Assembly: GCA_043228905.1 (NCBI GenBank)
Contig: JBHGNT010000017.1
Span: 6,138,001 to 6,202,000 of the forward strand
DNA length: 64,000 bases
From: Azolla caroliniana
Lineage: Eukaryota > Plantae > Polypodiophyta
Direction of reading: 5' to 3'
Position 1 is the stretch's first letter. The number at the start of each line of letters is the position of its first letter. The notes beneath the pieces are model-generated. The model made no database searches and had not been told where the DNA came from. It saw only the letters and a list, made by a program, of their open reading frames with translations. A program made the position numbers and the translations under genes. Of the stretch, positions 25,234-40,310 are shown piece after piece.

Positions 25234-26588
25234 CCGGTATCAACCGATCTAGGCTGGCTTGAGACATACGGTCGAGTCGGCCATGCCATAGGTTTGGGTT
25301 GGTCTTCTTGGCCACATTCACGGCCCCTTCCAGATTGATCGCTATCATTGGGTACAAGTTGTTGTGCTTGTGCCCGCTTCCAATTTTCAGGTTTCCACGG
25401 CTGATCATCCATGCCGACTAACTCAGAGTTGTTCTGTACCCGTCTTCGGTTAACATGCCGATGGAGACCAGACTCCTTTTCAATGGGGGTACGTGCCAAA
25501 CTTGGTGTAGGACAATTTTGTTATCATTTGACAATTGAATTGCTACTTCGGCTACTCCGGTGATTTTTCATTCCTGCCCGTTGCCTAGTCGGATTGTGCC
25601 GTTGGCATCGACCAAATAGTCCGAAAACCATTTGATGTTCGGGGTTACGTGACATGTGCATCTTGTACATTGTAGAGGATTTCTCCGATCATCGAGTCCT
25701 CTAAGGAGAGGATTTCTCTTGATCGGGTGTCGGCAACATTGACTTGGTTGCCGACTGGAGAGTGGTTCATGTCGGATCATCCTCAATTCCGATCAGAGTG
25801 TTGACCACTCTCTTTTATCTTGTTCGACCAACAGTTGGAAACATTGTGACCGGCTTTTCTGCAATGGGTGCAGAAGTCTCCTAGTCGGCTATTTCTCGAC
25901 TTCGACCGATGTCGGTCTCCCCTCGTTTTTGACTGATTGGTATTCCAACCGGTTCTATCGGCTTGTTCTCTCAATTGACTGAATTGGTCGATCGACTCGG
26001 TTGAGTGGTGAGATTTTGCTGACTTGTTGATGGTGAGTTCCATCGATTTTCGCCGAATGTTCTCTGTGAGAACTTAGCTGACTGTTTCCTCTAGATTTAG
26101 ATTTGGTCGGCTATTGGAAAAAGTCGTGCAGAATACCTCCCATTTCACTACAAGCTCGATAGGATGGCAAGGGCTTTCACTTCTTCTTTAAAGTTGATCC
26201 CTTGTGAGGAGAGTTCAGACAATACCCGACTGAAGGTGTTGATGTGGGAGGTCGTTGGATCCGTCTCTCTCATCTTCATGTTGAATAGTTGTCGAATCAA
26301 CATTAGCTTTGATGAGGAGGATTTCTTTTCATACACAACTTGTAACTTCTCCCATACTGAGAACGTTATCGTCTTTTTTCCCATGCTGAAATAGAAGTTT
26401 TCGGCCAGATGCATTCGGATGGTGGAGCGCGCAATTTTGGCTGTCATCGAAACAAGTTTTTCACTGTGTCGAATGACTTCGACCTATCTTCTGATGATCA
26501 ACACATCCTGCATCATCTCTTTCCATAGGGCAAAATTCTTTCCGTCGAACTTTTGGATTTCAACTCTTGTGCCAAATGTTGAAGCCAT
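25234..26588 (-). pseudogene. Copia A gag-protease remnant
   Basis: MASTFGTRVEIQKFDGKNFALWK, CTHCRKAGHNVSNC, LWHGRL. Confidence 0.88.
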
Positions 26589-27795
26589 GTTCTTTCTAAA
26601 AATAAGATTTTACTAACCTGGTCTTTTCTTTTAGCCAGATATCTTCTCTTCGTTTCTCTATCTTTTCTACTATTTGTCGTCGTTGAACAACAAGTCGCTC
26701 TGATACCAACTGTGGCATATGGTGTTTGAATATGTATGATGACTTGTCTAGAAGTGCTCAATAAACAACACAAAAAGAATGAGAGAAAGAAGACGAACAT
26801 GTTCTTAAGATTTAATGGAAGCTTTGTTATTTCTGTTCTCTCTCTCACTCAGAGACTCATAATATAAGAATGATCAAGAAACTCTCTCCTTACAACGTTA
26901 GGTTATTGTTGAGATACAAGCTCAACATTGGGTGTGTAAAACCGTACGCACAAAGGTCGTAACGGTGCGTAAGCCGAGAGGCCTTTAGAGCGTTATTCCT
27001 CATAAGGAATAATTTTGGGAGTTAGTGTAGGAGGGTCATTGATGAGCATTGAAGTATGTGTCAGTACTTTGACAGTACTTTTGTCTATCTATAAGGACTT
27101 GTATAAAAAGCGCCGATTGAGCGCATCTTGTACAGAGCGACTGAGAGTTATTTTTTAATCTAAGTTTTGTGTGTTCTACTCACTCACTCTCTCGTTCTTT
27201 GTCTCTCCTACATACATTGTGTCGTGTTCAAAGCTTTCCATTAAACCTTATCTTCGTCATTTGTGTTACACAGTTGTGTCTGTTACGCTTCCACACACGC
27301 TATTCTCTTACATGGTATCAGAGCGCGAGGGTTGAAATCCTCTACGGCCAACAAACAGACAAACATCACCATGAAGAACTGAAGAGAAATAAGAATGGAT
27401 AGAGTGATGGCTAAGTCGCTTCCTAACTATGCATCTTTGTCGTACAAGATGCACCAGTACCTACTTGGGCACGACAACTGGAGTTATGTTGATGGAGCTA
27501 ACGACACAACACCCAAATCGACACACAGAGACTTCCCGACCTGGGAACAGGCAGCAAGCAAAGTTCTATATTGCCTTCCGTCCTGTGTGAGCGACCAACT
27601 CTTGAGCTATATTCGGGATGCCATGACGCCAAAGGACGCGTGGGCGAATCTCAAGAATATTTTCACCGCAACCACAATGGCCAGAAAGTTGCAGATTAGA
27701 CAGGAGCTCAGCAATGTCTGACAGAAAGATCTGTCCGTGGCCGATTACACGGCCCAAATCAAGGAAATATGTGATTCTCTCGCCTCCATCAACGT

Positions 27796-28568
27796 TGTCG
27801 TAGTGTATTTCGTATAGTACGTGAAAAACGTATAAAATAACCGATTGAATAAATATGAAGAAAAAGAAAGAAATATCAAAATATATATTACATGCATAGG
27901 GCAAGATTTGAACCTTGTACCTCCATGTTAATAATTTGTAGCTTTACCACTACACTAACACATCTTGAATGATAAAAAAAGTAGATATCCCAGATAGAAT
28001 GGTTTTTTCATGCATATTTTCTAAGAAAAAGCTTTAGTTAGAAGAAAAACGCATGATAGAAAAAAGCTACACATGCACATTTAGCGTGCATGAACACTAT
28101 AGTCGATAAAAACCCATGAGGTTAGAAAAAGCATGTTCACTTTTAGAAGAAGCATGTTAGAGAAATCATATAGTCTATAGTTAGAGAAAAAGCATGGATT
28201 GTTAAGACTCTCTCATCACTATATAAGGATGGGAGCACAATGTAATAAAGGGAGAAAAAATAAATAAATAAATTATGGGGTGATTATTAGGGTCTAAATA
28301 TTGATTAATATAATACTCGTGGGAATCACGAGGTTTTCGATTTCTCTTTTCCAATCTATTCCTATCGATTCCAATCTATTCCAAAGTATAATTAGGCTTA
28401 AATATTAATAAAACTAAAAAACTATATTCGTGGCATTCACGAATTTCTATCTCTCTTTCTTATAATCTACTCATAACTAGGTTGCCTCAAATTCTTCCTC
28501 CTCCTAGTCCAAAACCCCAACGGTTCCCACCTGACTCACACAACAATCTGGCGCCGAAAGGCATGACA
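27796..28568 (+). mobile_element. Solo LTR, same family as 9161-9952, 4-bp TSD ACGT, in gag of D
   Basis: TGTCGTAGTGTATTTCGTA...GGCATGACA; removal with one ACGT restores ASINVNI; antisense tRNA-like module ~27894-27965. Confidence 0.92.
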
Positions 28569-31095
28569 ACGTGAACATCAAGGAAGATGAAATAGTGCAT
28601 GTGTGCCTTGGAGGGCTAGCGTCCAAGTTCGGAGCTTTCCGAACGACAGTCTGCACAAGGGAGAATACGCCATCGTTCTTTGAGGTTCAATCGATGTTGT
28701 TCAAAGAGGAAAATCACGTGGGTGCATCGACGAGTACGCACACGTGGTCGTGGCGGACGTGGCGGATCGGTGAGCAATGGAGGCGGCCGAAAAGAGCAAA
28801 ACGTGTGCCATAATCAAAATGTCGGAAGTAGTTCCGAACCCTCCGGAAGCAGGGGGAGTCATGGCGGCGCCGAAACCAGCAAGAGAAGGCCACGGCATAT
28901 TGATGGTACTGTGGCAAGAAAGGCCACAGGGAGAACGAGTGTTGGAAGAAACGAGCTGATTCCGACAAAGCTGGATCGAGCCGAAGAGACGCAAAGAGGC
29001 GTGGAAGGTTCCAAACGAGTTGGAAATGGATTGGGCCCAGCCTTCGTAATGAAGCACAAGGCTAATTCAATGGTCGTGAACACCTCGAGGGCAAATGAGG
29101 TGTGGTATGTTGACTTCGGAGCATCAAATCATATGACAAGTCACAAGGAATGGTTCACGTACTTGGAGAAACCGGAAAAGCAAGGAATGGTCGAAACAGG
29201 AGACGACACTCTGCATACCATCGAACATGTCAGTGAAGTTCCCCTCAGTTACGTTGGACAGAAAGGGAAGCTCATGAACGTGCTACACATCCCGACAATA
29301 ACCAAGAACCTGGTGTTGGTCGGCCAGATCGTTGACCAGGGGATGCAAGTTCGATTCACGCATCTCGGGTGCTTCATAGAAGAGGAAGGCAAGATAATCG
29401 TACAAGGACGCCGTGAAGGGAGGATGTTTATCCCCGAGACCTACGACGTAGGCACCGCTATGTTCGCAAAAGGACAAAAGGTCGAATCAGATATCGACCT
29501 GTGGCACAAGTGATTTGGCCAAGTCAATTTCCCGAAGCTTTGAAAAATGCGGATGAAAAACATCGTTTTCGGCTTGCCGAAATTTAGTGGCCGAAAGGGC
29601 CAAGTCTGTGAAGCCTGCCAGTTGGGAAAGCATCACCGACTTCCATTCCCCAATGAGTGTAACCTGAGTCGAAATACGCTCGTTGTGATCCATTCGGATG
29701 TATGGGGAACAACATAGAACGTGAGTCTCAGTGGAAGCTGATATTTCGTGACTTTCATCGATGACTTCTCTCGGCACACTTGGGCATGCTTGATCGCGAA
29801 AAAGAGTGAAGTCTTCACGTGTTTCCTGAAGGTAAAGAGCCTTGCGGAAAGGGAAACTAGGCGTAAGATCAAGTGCCTACGGTTCGATGGCGAGAAGGAG
29901 TACTTCTCCAACCAATTCGTGAGTTATCTACAGAAGGAGGGAATTCAACGTGAATTCTCGTGTAGATACACGCTGTAGCAGAACGGCATGGCCAAGTGGA
30001 AGAATCAGACAATAAAGAGGCGGAAAGGGTGATGCTTGAAGAGAAGCATTTGTCGAAGTTCTATTGGGTTGAAGCCGTAAGGATGGTTGTTTACTTGTAG
30101 AATCGGATTTCTGTCAATGGAGTGTCGCCACACCAGCTGTACTTCGGCAAGAACCCGAAGTTGGCACAGTTGAGAGTTTTCGGTAGCATCGCGTATGTGC
30201 ATGTGCCGAAGGAGAAACGGAGGAAGTTGGACGCCAAAGCCGAGAAGTGTATCTTGGTTGGCTACTTAGATGAACAGAAGGGTTATGAGTGCTCTAACCC
30301 CTGAACCAAACAAGCTCGCGTAAGTCGAGATGTTGTGTTCGACGAGTCCACTTCGTGGTACTTGTCTTCGCCCCTAGTACGCAATGTCTCCACTCCGAAT
30401 TCAGAAAAAGAGGTCAGCGAGGATGAGATGCCTTCGCGCGATGAGGAAATCGGAGCTCTACGAGAGAGTCAGATCTCATTTCAACTAAGTGGGCCGAGTG
30501 AGGGGTTTAGCTGAGATGGTCAACTGTGTGAAGAGTCAACGAGTAGTGGAGACTCGACCGTCTTGTCCCCACATAAAGAATCGAGGAGACGATTTACGCG
30601 CAGAGAGAAGGGGAAGAAGAAGATGTCGGAGTACGAGTTCAGCCAATTGAAAAGGAACCCCTACGGAAGAGGTCGAAGTCGGTTGAGAGGGCCGCGAAAT
30701 CAGCTAATCACGAATTACACCGATCTACCTGCCTAAAGAACCCCGTAAAGAGATACGGGTATAATGAGTACATGGCGCACCATTATGTGTACATGACGCG
30801 AGTGGCGGAAGTGCGTGAGCCGGAGAGCTACGCAAAAGCGGTGAAAGACGCAAACTGGCGTGCCGCGATGGAAGAAGAGATGTACGCGTTATTGGACAAC
30901 GAGACTTCGGACCTGGTTGACGCACCGAAGGGTGTGAAGCTGATCGGATGCAGATGGGTGTATAAGGTCAAGTACAACACCAACGACTCTATCAACCGTT
31001 AAAAGTCCCGATTAGTGGTAAAAGGCTACACGCAGAAGCACGATGTGGATTACGACGAGACCTTCGCGTTGGTCACGAAGATGACCACTGTGCGT

Positions 31096-32308
31096 TGTCG
31101 TGAAGATCTGTCACTATGCGCGGATCGTGAGGCGGAACCGCCAAGGTTCTGGAGCGGAAGGACTTGAAGTTGGCGCAAGCTTTAGCGAGAAAGTACTTAA
31201 GCTAGATTGAAAGAGAGAGAGAGAGCTTGAGATAGAATAGAGCGCTTGACTTTAGATTGAGAGAGATTAAGATTGAACTCTTGATTTTAGATTTTAAGAA
31301 ACAAGTTACATGATCAATTCGATAACGAATTCTCTTCTTCTTAATTTCATAACCCAAAAGAAACCTAACCCTTCTTCTTTTTCATCCCTTCTTTTATAGA
31401 TGCTCTCATGCATATGATGCATGTGAGGGTACAAGACATGCATAAAATGCATGTTTGCCATTTGGCGCTCATGTATTACATGTGGTGCATGTTAACCATG
31501 TCACTCATTTTAGCTTTCATGTATGAGAATTTCCATGTAAAAGTACAATGATAGAAATATAATTTCAACTAAATATCTTGGCTTAGTGGTAAGCCAATTG
31601 ACTCCTCACTTGGAGGTGCAAGGTTTGAATCCTTATTTCTCCTCCTTGTATATATATATGTATATATATTTATATATTTATTTATCTAGTCGTCGGATAC
31701 CGCCGGTTACCGGTTGCCGTTGCCGGTGACCAGTGGCTGCCGCCGGATGTCGGTTCCACCAGCTCCATCGCCGGTCCAGTTTTGGTCGGCCAAAACCTTT
31801 ACGGGTGGCTCTCATGTATGAGAATTTCCATGTAAAAGTACGATGATAGAAATATACTTTCTACTAAATATCTTGGCCTAGTGGTAAGCCAATTGACTCC
31901 TCACTTGGAGGTGCAAGGTTCGAATCCTTACTTGTCCTCCTTGTATATATATATATGTATATATATTTATATATTTATTTATCTAGTCGTCAGATACCGC
32001 CGATTACCGGTTGTCGTCGCCTCACCAGTGCCGGATGTTGCCGGTGACCAGTGGCTACCGTCGGATGTCGGTTCCATCGGCTCCATCGTCGGTCCGGTTT
32101 TGGTCGGCCAAAACCTTTACAAGTGGCTAGGCCACCTCCACTCTTAGTTCAAGTTACCTTGAACTCTCTATGCTCCACACATAAACACAAAGATAATAAC
32201 TTTTGCTCTACCTTATATATTATGAGAGCCGTATTTGTCGTGCCTATGTGGGATATCTCACAGTTTTCTCTTTTCCTTTCACAAACTTTATACCCTCATA
32301 TCTTGACA
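31096..32308 (-). mobile_element. LTR-derived insertion (TGTCG family) in RT of D with ~295-bp internal duplication; adjacent host deletion
   Basis: Starts TGTCGTG after MTTVR; U5-like end resembles 9890-9952; D resumes at KITQRL with the QMDV/LKQAPR region missing. Confidence 0.78.
31867..31938 (+). promoter_or_regulatory. tRNA-like module with consensus A and B boxes (second copy ~31572-31643)
   Basis: TGGCCTAGTGG (31874) and GGTTCGAATCC (31917); T-arm-like AAGG-TTCGAAT-CCTT. Confidence 0.8.
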
Positions 32309-34583
32309 TCATGCAGGAAGATTACGCAACGATTGCGTACAATGGGGTTTGCGCCATCGAAGTCAGACTCTTCATTGTTCACTCGGCAAGGTTGACATGG
32401 AGCGGTTTTTCTTTTACTTTATGTTGATGATTTAGTCATCGCCGGTGTCGACCTGGATGAAATCAATCGCGTAAAGTGTCACCTTGCGGCATCATTCGAC
32501 ATGAAGGATCTTGGAGACCTTCATTACTTTCTTGGGATCGGAGTGATCCGCACCCTCGAAGGTATATTGATCAGCCATCGTCATTACGCGCTAAATATGC
32601 TCTTCAAGTTCGGGATGGCATATTGTAAGCCCATCTCGACCCTTATGGTTAGAAACGTCAAGCTTCGCCGAGATTCGGGTAAGGCGTGTGACCCGACACG
32701 GTTCCGACATATTGTCGGAAGCCTAATCTATTTGACGATCACTCGGCCGGATCTCAGCTACCCGGTCGGCTTGATCAGTCAATTTATGTCGCAGCCCACG
32801 GCCGAACACTTTCAGTGTGTGCAAAAGATACTGTGATATGCCACCGGCACTAAAGACATGGCGTTGCTGTATCGGGCAGGCGTAGACGAACAATTAGTTG
32901 GCTACACAGATGCCGATTGGGCCGGAAATGCCAACGATCGAAGATCCACATCCAGATACGCATTCTCAATGGGAACTGCGGCGATCACGTGGAGTAGTAA
33001 GAAGCAGCCGAGAGTAGCATTGTCGAGCACGGAGGTTGAATATCGAGGGGTGATTGTCGCTACGTGCGAAGTCATTTGGCTAAAACGGCTAATATGGGAT
33101 CTGCATGTGGAGGTATTCGCTCCGACAACGATCTATTACGACAACCTCAGCAGCATCCAACTTGCGAGAAACCCCGTATTTCACGCTCAGACCAAGCACA
33201 TTGAGGTGCATTTCCATTTTATCTGTGAGCGTGTCCTTTCCGGTGAAGTCGAACTAGCGTATGTTCCGACTTGTTGGCAGATTGCCGACGTATTCACCAA
33301 GCCGCTTACGACAATTCTCGGATGCGATTGGGTTACGCCACCTCGACACACCGAACATAAGGGGGAGAAAGGAACAGGAGTGTGAGCTTGAAAGGAGCGG
33401 AAAGGATCATCGCAGCGGAATTGATCACCGCGATTTCGGGTCGGCTAAAGAAGGCGAAGATGAGTACAGGGGCCGTAATCGTAGGGAAGAGCCGAAGTCA
33501 TCCAAAAAATGGGGCGATAAGGCCAAGACCAAGACTTGGTCTGACATTGTCAAAGGCCTAAAGACTGAAAACGAATTGGAGACAACCAATTCAAACATAA
33601 ACGAAAATGAATCGAAAGTGACCGATTCAATCGAAATGTTTGATTTGGACATGCCGAATCAACTGTGGACCAACTGGAGGAAAGGGCAGCGAAAGAAGAG
33701 ATATCACCGCGATAACAAGGGAGCTCAGAAGGGCCGCACAAGCAGACAAGCCGACCGGAAGGGTTGAGGCGCACGGAATCGAATGGGTTGAGGCGCGCGG
33801 AATCGAACGGGTCGAGGAGTGTGTGTGAGGCGTGAAGCCAGGAGAAGCCAGAGTGAAGATCCGAAAGAGCGGGCGGAACCTCAAGTTGAGCTTGAGGGGG
33901 AGTGTTGAGATACAAGCTCAACATTGGGTGTGTAAACCAATGCGTAGACTGGGTGCGTAAAACTGTCCGCAAAAAGGTCGTAACGGTGCATAAGCCGAGA
34001 GGCCGTTAAAGCGCTATTCCTCGTAAGGAATAATTTTGGGAGTTAGGGTAGGAGGCTAATTGATGAGCATTGAAGTATGTGTGAGTACTCTGACAGTACT
34101 TCTGTTAAGAGTCTATTACTAATCAATAGACCAAATCAAGTAATAAGGAAGAAAATAGATTGGATAGAAGAACCCGTTCCACCCGACCACCCCCGAGCTA
34201 TGATCTAGACATAGCCAACCTACCACCGACGTCCCATACCGCCGGATATTAGGATGACTAATACCTTGGAAGAGATAAACACGATCGTCGAGACGAAAGC
34301 CTAGCCCGCACCACCGGTGTCTACGACAGCAGCCTTCCGACGTGATGATCCTTATGAGGGTAGCTAAGCCTCATATTTATACCTTTTCCTAGGCCCCTTG
34401 AATAGATGTGCCTTTCTAAAAGGCTCTCTATTCATTGGTTGTCTAAATCATGATAGTGCATGCACATATCATTCATTCTATCCAATCATTAGTCCCCTTT
34501 TTAATAATAGTGAACATACCCTTCACTAATGTAAATATTAGCGACCTACCCTCACCAACGTTATGTGTACATAACATACTCCC

Positions 34584-37500
34584 CTACTTCAAAAGATTGC
34601 ACTCTTGCAATATAAAGTGAGGAAATTGTGCCTTAAGCGAATGCTCGCGTTCCCATGTGGCATCATCAATAGGTTTATCCATCCATTTGATCTTGAATAG
34701 CCGAATCTCTTTAGAACGTAAACGTTTAGTACGAGAATCAAGAATTCGTTCAGGAACATGAGGTTTGTAAGAAAAATCCTCTAATGTTACAAGATCTTGG
34801 ATTGTGATGGTGTTATCACCAGAGCCTAAAAATGGTTTTAGACGACTGACGTGAAAAACAGGATGAATACCAACGTTACGAGGTAAGGCAAGGTGATAAG
34901 CAGATGACCCAACTCGCTTAAGGATTTCAAATGGGCCACAATATCGTGGGGCTAACTTAGCGCACTTGCCCGTAGATAATGACGTAGAATCAGTCGGGAC
35001 ACGCAAAAAAACTTTTTGACCAATAGTAAATGCACGAGGACGTCTATCCTGATCAGCATAAAATCGAGCACGATCTTGAGCTGTCTTGACATTTTCTTTG
35101 GCAATATGCAACATTTGGTTCATGTCTTGCAAAAAATTGCGTGTACTGTCTAATGTATCACGATGAATCGTGACATCAACTGGGGCACGTGGCTGAAAAC
35201 CATACATCAACATAAAAGGACTATATCCAGTGGATGTATGTTTAGAGCTATTATAGGCAAATTCTAAGATAGGAAGGTATTGCTCCCACTTAGAAGGGGT
35301 TTTTGCTACATAAGCTCGAAGCATGTCCTCAATAATTTGATTAACTCGTTCAGTTTGTCCATCAGACTGAGGATGATCTGCGGAACTCATGCTCAACGTA
35401 GTTTCTAGTTTCTTAAAGACCTGAGTCCAAAAGTCACTAGTAAACTTGGAATCTCGATCACTAACAATATCCATCGGTAATCCATAAAAACGAAATAACT
35501 CATCAACAAATTGATAAGCCAACTGTTGAGCGGTTACCGTGGTTTTTGTAGGAATAAATCTAGCTAATTTTGTTAGCCTGTCAACGACAACCCATATGGC
35601 ATCATGACCCCTCTGTGTACGAGGTAAACTAACAATAAAATCCATCGAGATACTTTCCCATTTATTGTTGGGAATATCTAAGGGATGTAAAAGACCAGCA
35701 GCTTTAAGTCGTTCCGACTTATTAATCTGACATTGTAAGCATTGAGTTACGTATTTATGCACGTCAGAGCGCATCTTAGGCCAGAAAAAAGTACACGAGA
35801 TGAGAACGAGTGTGCGTTGTATTCCAGGATGACCAGCAGATGGTGCATCATGACATTCATGAAAAATTTTCTGTTTAACATTTGGTAAATCTGGAACACA
35901 GACCTTTCCACTACGGTAGAGCAAACCGTTTGTAATGTGAAAGGTCGCCTTCGAGGTAGGGTGCTAGTATCGGCATCTAAACCAGATTCGGCTTTCGTCC
36001 AGTATTTTGAGAAATAACTGTCATCAAGGTATTTCCCTCGAAGGTGATCTAAAAGATCAGATTTTATTTCCGTGAAGCTAAGCATGTTAACTTCTTTAAT
36101 GCGACTAAGAGCATCAGCAACGGTGTTCATAGAACCCTTGCGATATCGTATGGAAAAATCAAAATCTTGCATAAGGTCAGCCCAACGGCCTTTACGACCA
36201 ACAAGATCGGGCTGGTCACAAAAATACTTTAATGATTGATGGTCTGTTGTAACCACAAATTTATTTCCATAGAGATAGTGCCTCCATGTTTTAAGTGCGT
36301 TTATCATCGCAAACAACTCTTTCTCTTGAACCGAATACCGAGATTGAGCAGCATCAAGCTTCTTACTTTCAAAAGCAATAGGGTGACCACCTTGATAAAG
36401 AACGGCACCAATAGCATAATCACTAGCATCGGTTTCAATTGAGAAAAGCTTAGAAGGGTCTGGTAATAGAAGAGTGGGAGCTTGACACACATGCTCCTTG
36501 AGTGTCTCAAATGATTTGTCAAGTTGTTCATTCCATGAAATTGGTTTGACAGACTTACGTGGATGACCTTTTAAAAGGTCAGTTAATGGCGTAGTCAATT
36601 TGGAATAGTTACGAATTGATTTTCGTAAAAATCCAACAAACCCTAAGAATGATCTAAGTTCACGAATATTACGAGGAATGGGCCAAAGTTTAACCTTTTC
36701 AATACGAGAAGGTTCAATTTCAACGCCATTTTCTGTAATTAAATGACCTAGGTACACAATATATTTTTGGAAGAAGTCACATTTTGAATGTTTTGCATAG
36801 AAAGAGTTGTCACGCAACTTTCGCAAAACAAATCGAACATGTTGAACATGATCTTGCAAGGTACGGCTATATATCAAAATATCATCCAAGAAGACGACAA
36901 CAAAATCACCGAGTTGATCTCGGAAAACATCATTCATCGCTTGTTGGAATGTGGCTGGAGCATTAGTCAACCCAAACGGCATGACTAAAAACTCATAATG
37001 GCCATAGCGCGTACGAAAAGCGGTTTTAGGAATATCATCCTCGGCGATGCGAATCTGATGATAACCAGTTCGTAAGTCAATTTTCGTAAAATATCGAGCC
37101 CCGTGCAAACGATCAATCAAATCATCGGCACGAGGTAATGGATATGCATTCTTAATTGTCATTTTATTCAAACGGCGATAATTGATACACATTCGCCACG
37201 AACCTTCCTTCTTCTTGACTAATAGAACTGGCGCACCCCAAGGTGATTTACTATACCTAATGTGGCCCATACTCAAGTATTCCTTAAGTTGTTTAGCGAT
37301 CTCATCCTCTTCTAATCGACTAAGTCGGTAAGGTGGAATGCTCACAGGAGCAGCCCCAGGGATGAGTTCAATTTGATGGTCCACATTACGTTTAGGTGGT
37401 AAAGTAAGCGGTAATTCAGTAGGAAACACATCTTGAAAATCCTCTAAAATAGAGTCGAGTAATTGTTGCTCAAAATGTGGTAATTGTGTGGCGTCAATAT

Positions 37501-38987
37501 TAAAATAATAAAATTGAACCGCAGGATCAATTACACACGAATAAATTAATGAACTAGAATACTCACTTAAAGATTTAGAAGACACAAGTGAATGAGAAGG
37601 AAGTTTGGAACATTGAATAAAATGTTTACAATTATTAAGTTCAAATGTGATTGAGTGATTAACCCAATCAATGGACAAAGAAGGGTTTTTATTTAAAAAA
37701 CCAAGGATATCCTAAAATGACATCTGCGGATTGTAATTTCATAACATGAAAGTCAAGCTTCTCCAAATAAGTATCTATTTGAATTGGCAGTTGACAAACA
37801 ATGCCACTGATGTATTGAACGTTTCCATTTGCCATGTGAACTTGATAGATATGATCACTTGCGTTTATGTGGAGCTCCATTTGCTGCACAAAGTGATCAT
37901 TAAGAAAATTGTGAGAACTACCGGAATCAAACAAGAAATGTGCTTGTGTTCCATTGATATATCCGACTGCTCGGAGTAAATCATTAGGTCCAAGTAAATG
38001 TGAAGGAAAAGTGCATTCACATAAACTTAAGTGATTGGTATGAACTTCAACAATATCAAAAGACTCACCTGTGTGAGTCGTAGATTTGTCTTGAGGAGGG
38101 GTGTTCATTGACTTCCTCTCAAGACGACGACAGGTATCCTTTGTGTGGCCCCGCTTCTTGCAATATGCACAGAAGAGGTTCGGTTTCTTTGAGTCGCGGT
38201 CAAGAGTGTCACTGGATTGCTTACGTTTCCCAATGAACTTGACATTCGGAGTTTTGGCGAACTCAGGTTTATTGTGGTCTTTCTTGGAAGTCCTATGGTA
38301 TCGCAACACAATGTTGACGGCTTCCTCGAAAGTTGTGGGGTCCTTGTCATGGACAATCCAATGATAATCCCCATTGGGAATACCATTCAAAAAACAAGCG
38401 ACAAACCATTTCTCACCCGTAAGTCCCGATTTTTGGATCTGGGTCCGAGCGTGATGCACATAATCCTCGAGAGAGGTAAATGGCTTACTAGACAATGTGA
38501 GCAAGTGTTGCGCTTGTTCGGTTTGAGAAGGTGGCTGCAAGAATTGTTTCTTAAAAACATCAACGAAACCTTCCCAAGTTGTGGGTAAGTTTTTTGCGGT
38601 CCTTAGGCCACGCCACCAAGCAGCAGCTCGGCCACCTAACTCACGACCGACATAACCAATTTTTACTGCATCGGGCTTGGGATGAAGCTCAAAGTGAGAC
38701 TCCCAACGACCAAGCCAAGTGCTAATGGCCTCCTCGGTTCTTTCTTTCTTATCTCCCTTGAAAGGCGTGACTACGAAGGAAGGTTCACCTTCTTTCTTGG
38801 ACTCAATAGTTAATTCTTGGAATTTCTTTTCCAATGCCATATTGGCCTGTCTCATTTCGGCCAATTGATTCAAGGTAGTAGTGAGCAATTGCTCAATAGT
38901 GATCTCAGCTTGTGTGCGAGATGCAGATTGGGGTTGAGAGGTCTCATTTGGAGAGATCGTTCCAACTGCGTTCAAAACTTGTTCCAT
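34584..38987 (-). CDS. Gypsy E gag-PR-RT-RH-INT-chromodomain, three ORFs joined by two frameshifts
   Basis: [70 protein letters not shown]...IKW...DATWE. Confidence 0.93.
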
Positions 38988-39974
38988 GATGCACGCTGTG
39001 GGTATGCAATAAAATAAGGAGGTTCAGAAAATACACAAGCAAAATGAATGCTTGAAATTTTGATTGAAAGAACTTTATCCAAGAAAGTATCTCATGTCTT
39101 TACCCCTCTAGACATATGAGATGTGATTCGAGATCCGATAACTATGGTAACACTATGGTGTTTTAAAAACCATGGGGGAAAACATAGCTAAGATGTATTT
39201 CTCGGATCTCTATCTTGAGTAATCATGGCGGCTCCCCGAGGCTCAACCATGGTTCTTACATCAATGAAATTTCCTAGATAGCCTTATATTAATGCCAACC
39301 CATCATGTATTATATGGTCGAGAAAGTGTATTACGTGAAAAAACAAGTGCACTCACAAGTAATATTCTAGTCTTGCGAGCAATAAGCAAACGTGATGATA
39401 AAATGATAAAATAAGGCACTACTCATAAGAGTTAAGTAGTGACGAAAACAAGGGTAAAAATAAAAAAAAAACCCATGTGTTACCTACGAAAAAAACAATG
39501 TCACAAATAAATGGGAAGTGCAAGGTATGCACATATACATCCCAATATGATTGTTATAACTTGCACAATTGTGACATAAGCCACAAATTGATACAAGTGA
39601 TGACGGTGTTGTGCGCAAAGATGTAATACTCAAATCCATGAGTAAAACATCAATAAGGGAACTCATATGGTTTTACTCGTTTTCTAAGGCTTGATGATAA
39701 GAGTTAAACCTAGATGACCCGTTGAAAAAAAATTGTTCAACAAGCCACTCCATACGAAAAAAATAGTCTACACGTAAAGGTTACATTAAAAATAAACGAT
39801 GTAAATACTTTATACATGAAAAGGAAGTGGAAAAAGGATAGTTAATTGTGGGCGGGTAAATAATAATTACTAGAAAATCATATAAGTGAAACAATACTTA
39901 TGAAATTAAAATTTAATTAGAATAATCAACAATTAGGTGTATGGAATCAAACATGCCCTAAGATACGAAACCCT

Positions 39975-40310
39975 AGGGTAGTTGACATGCACCTCCTCAA
40001 GACCACCACATATCCCTAGAATCGGCCAAGTAATGGCTAATTAAAGAGGAAAGTGGCATAGGTAAGTGACATATACCTCGTCAAGGCCACATCATCCCTT
40101 AGAATCGGCCAATTGATGGCTAATTAAAAAGGAAAGTGGCATATGTAAGCTACATATACCTTGTCAAGGCCACAACATCCCATAGAATCGGCCAATTGAT
40201 GGCTTAATAGAGAGTAGAGTGGCATAGGTAGGCAACATACACCTCGTCAAGGCCACATCATCCCTTAGAATCGGCCAAGTGATGGCTCAATAGAGGGGAA
40301 GAGTGGTATA
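39975..40310. repeat. ~83-bp tandem repeat x4 in 5' leader of E
   Basis: AGAATCGGCCAA near 40018, 40101, 40183, 40267. Confidence 0.85.

Noticed and set aside
37680-37700. Programmed -1 frameshift at TTTTTTA in E
   Set aside because: Restoring WFFNKNPSLS needs one base removed (+1), and the site follows the protease; an indel is more likely.
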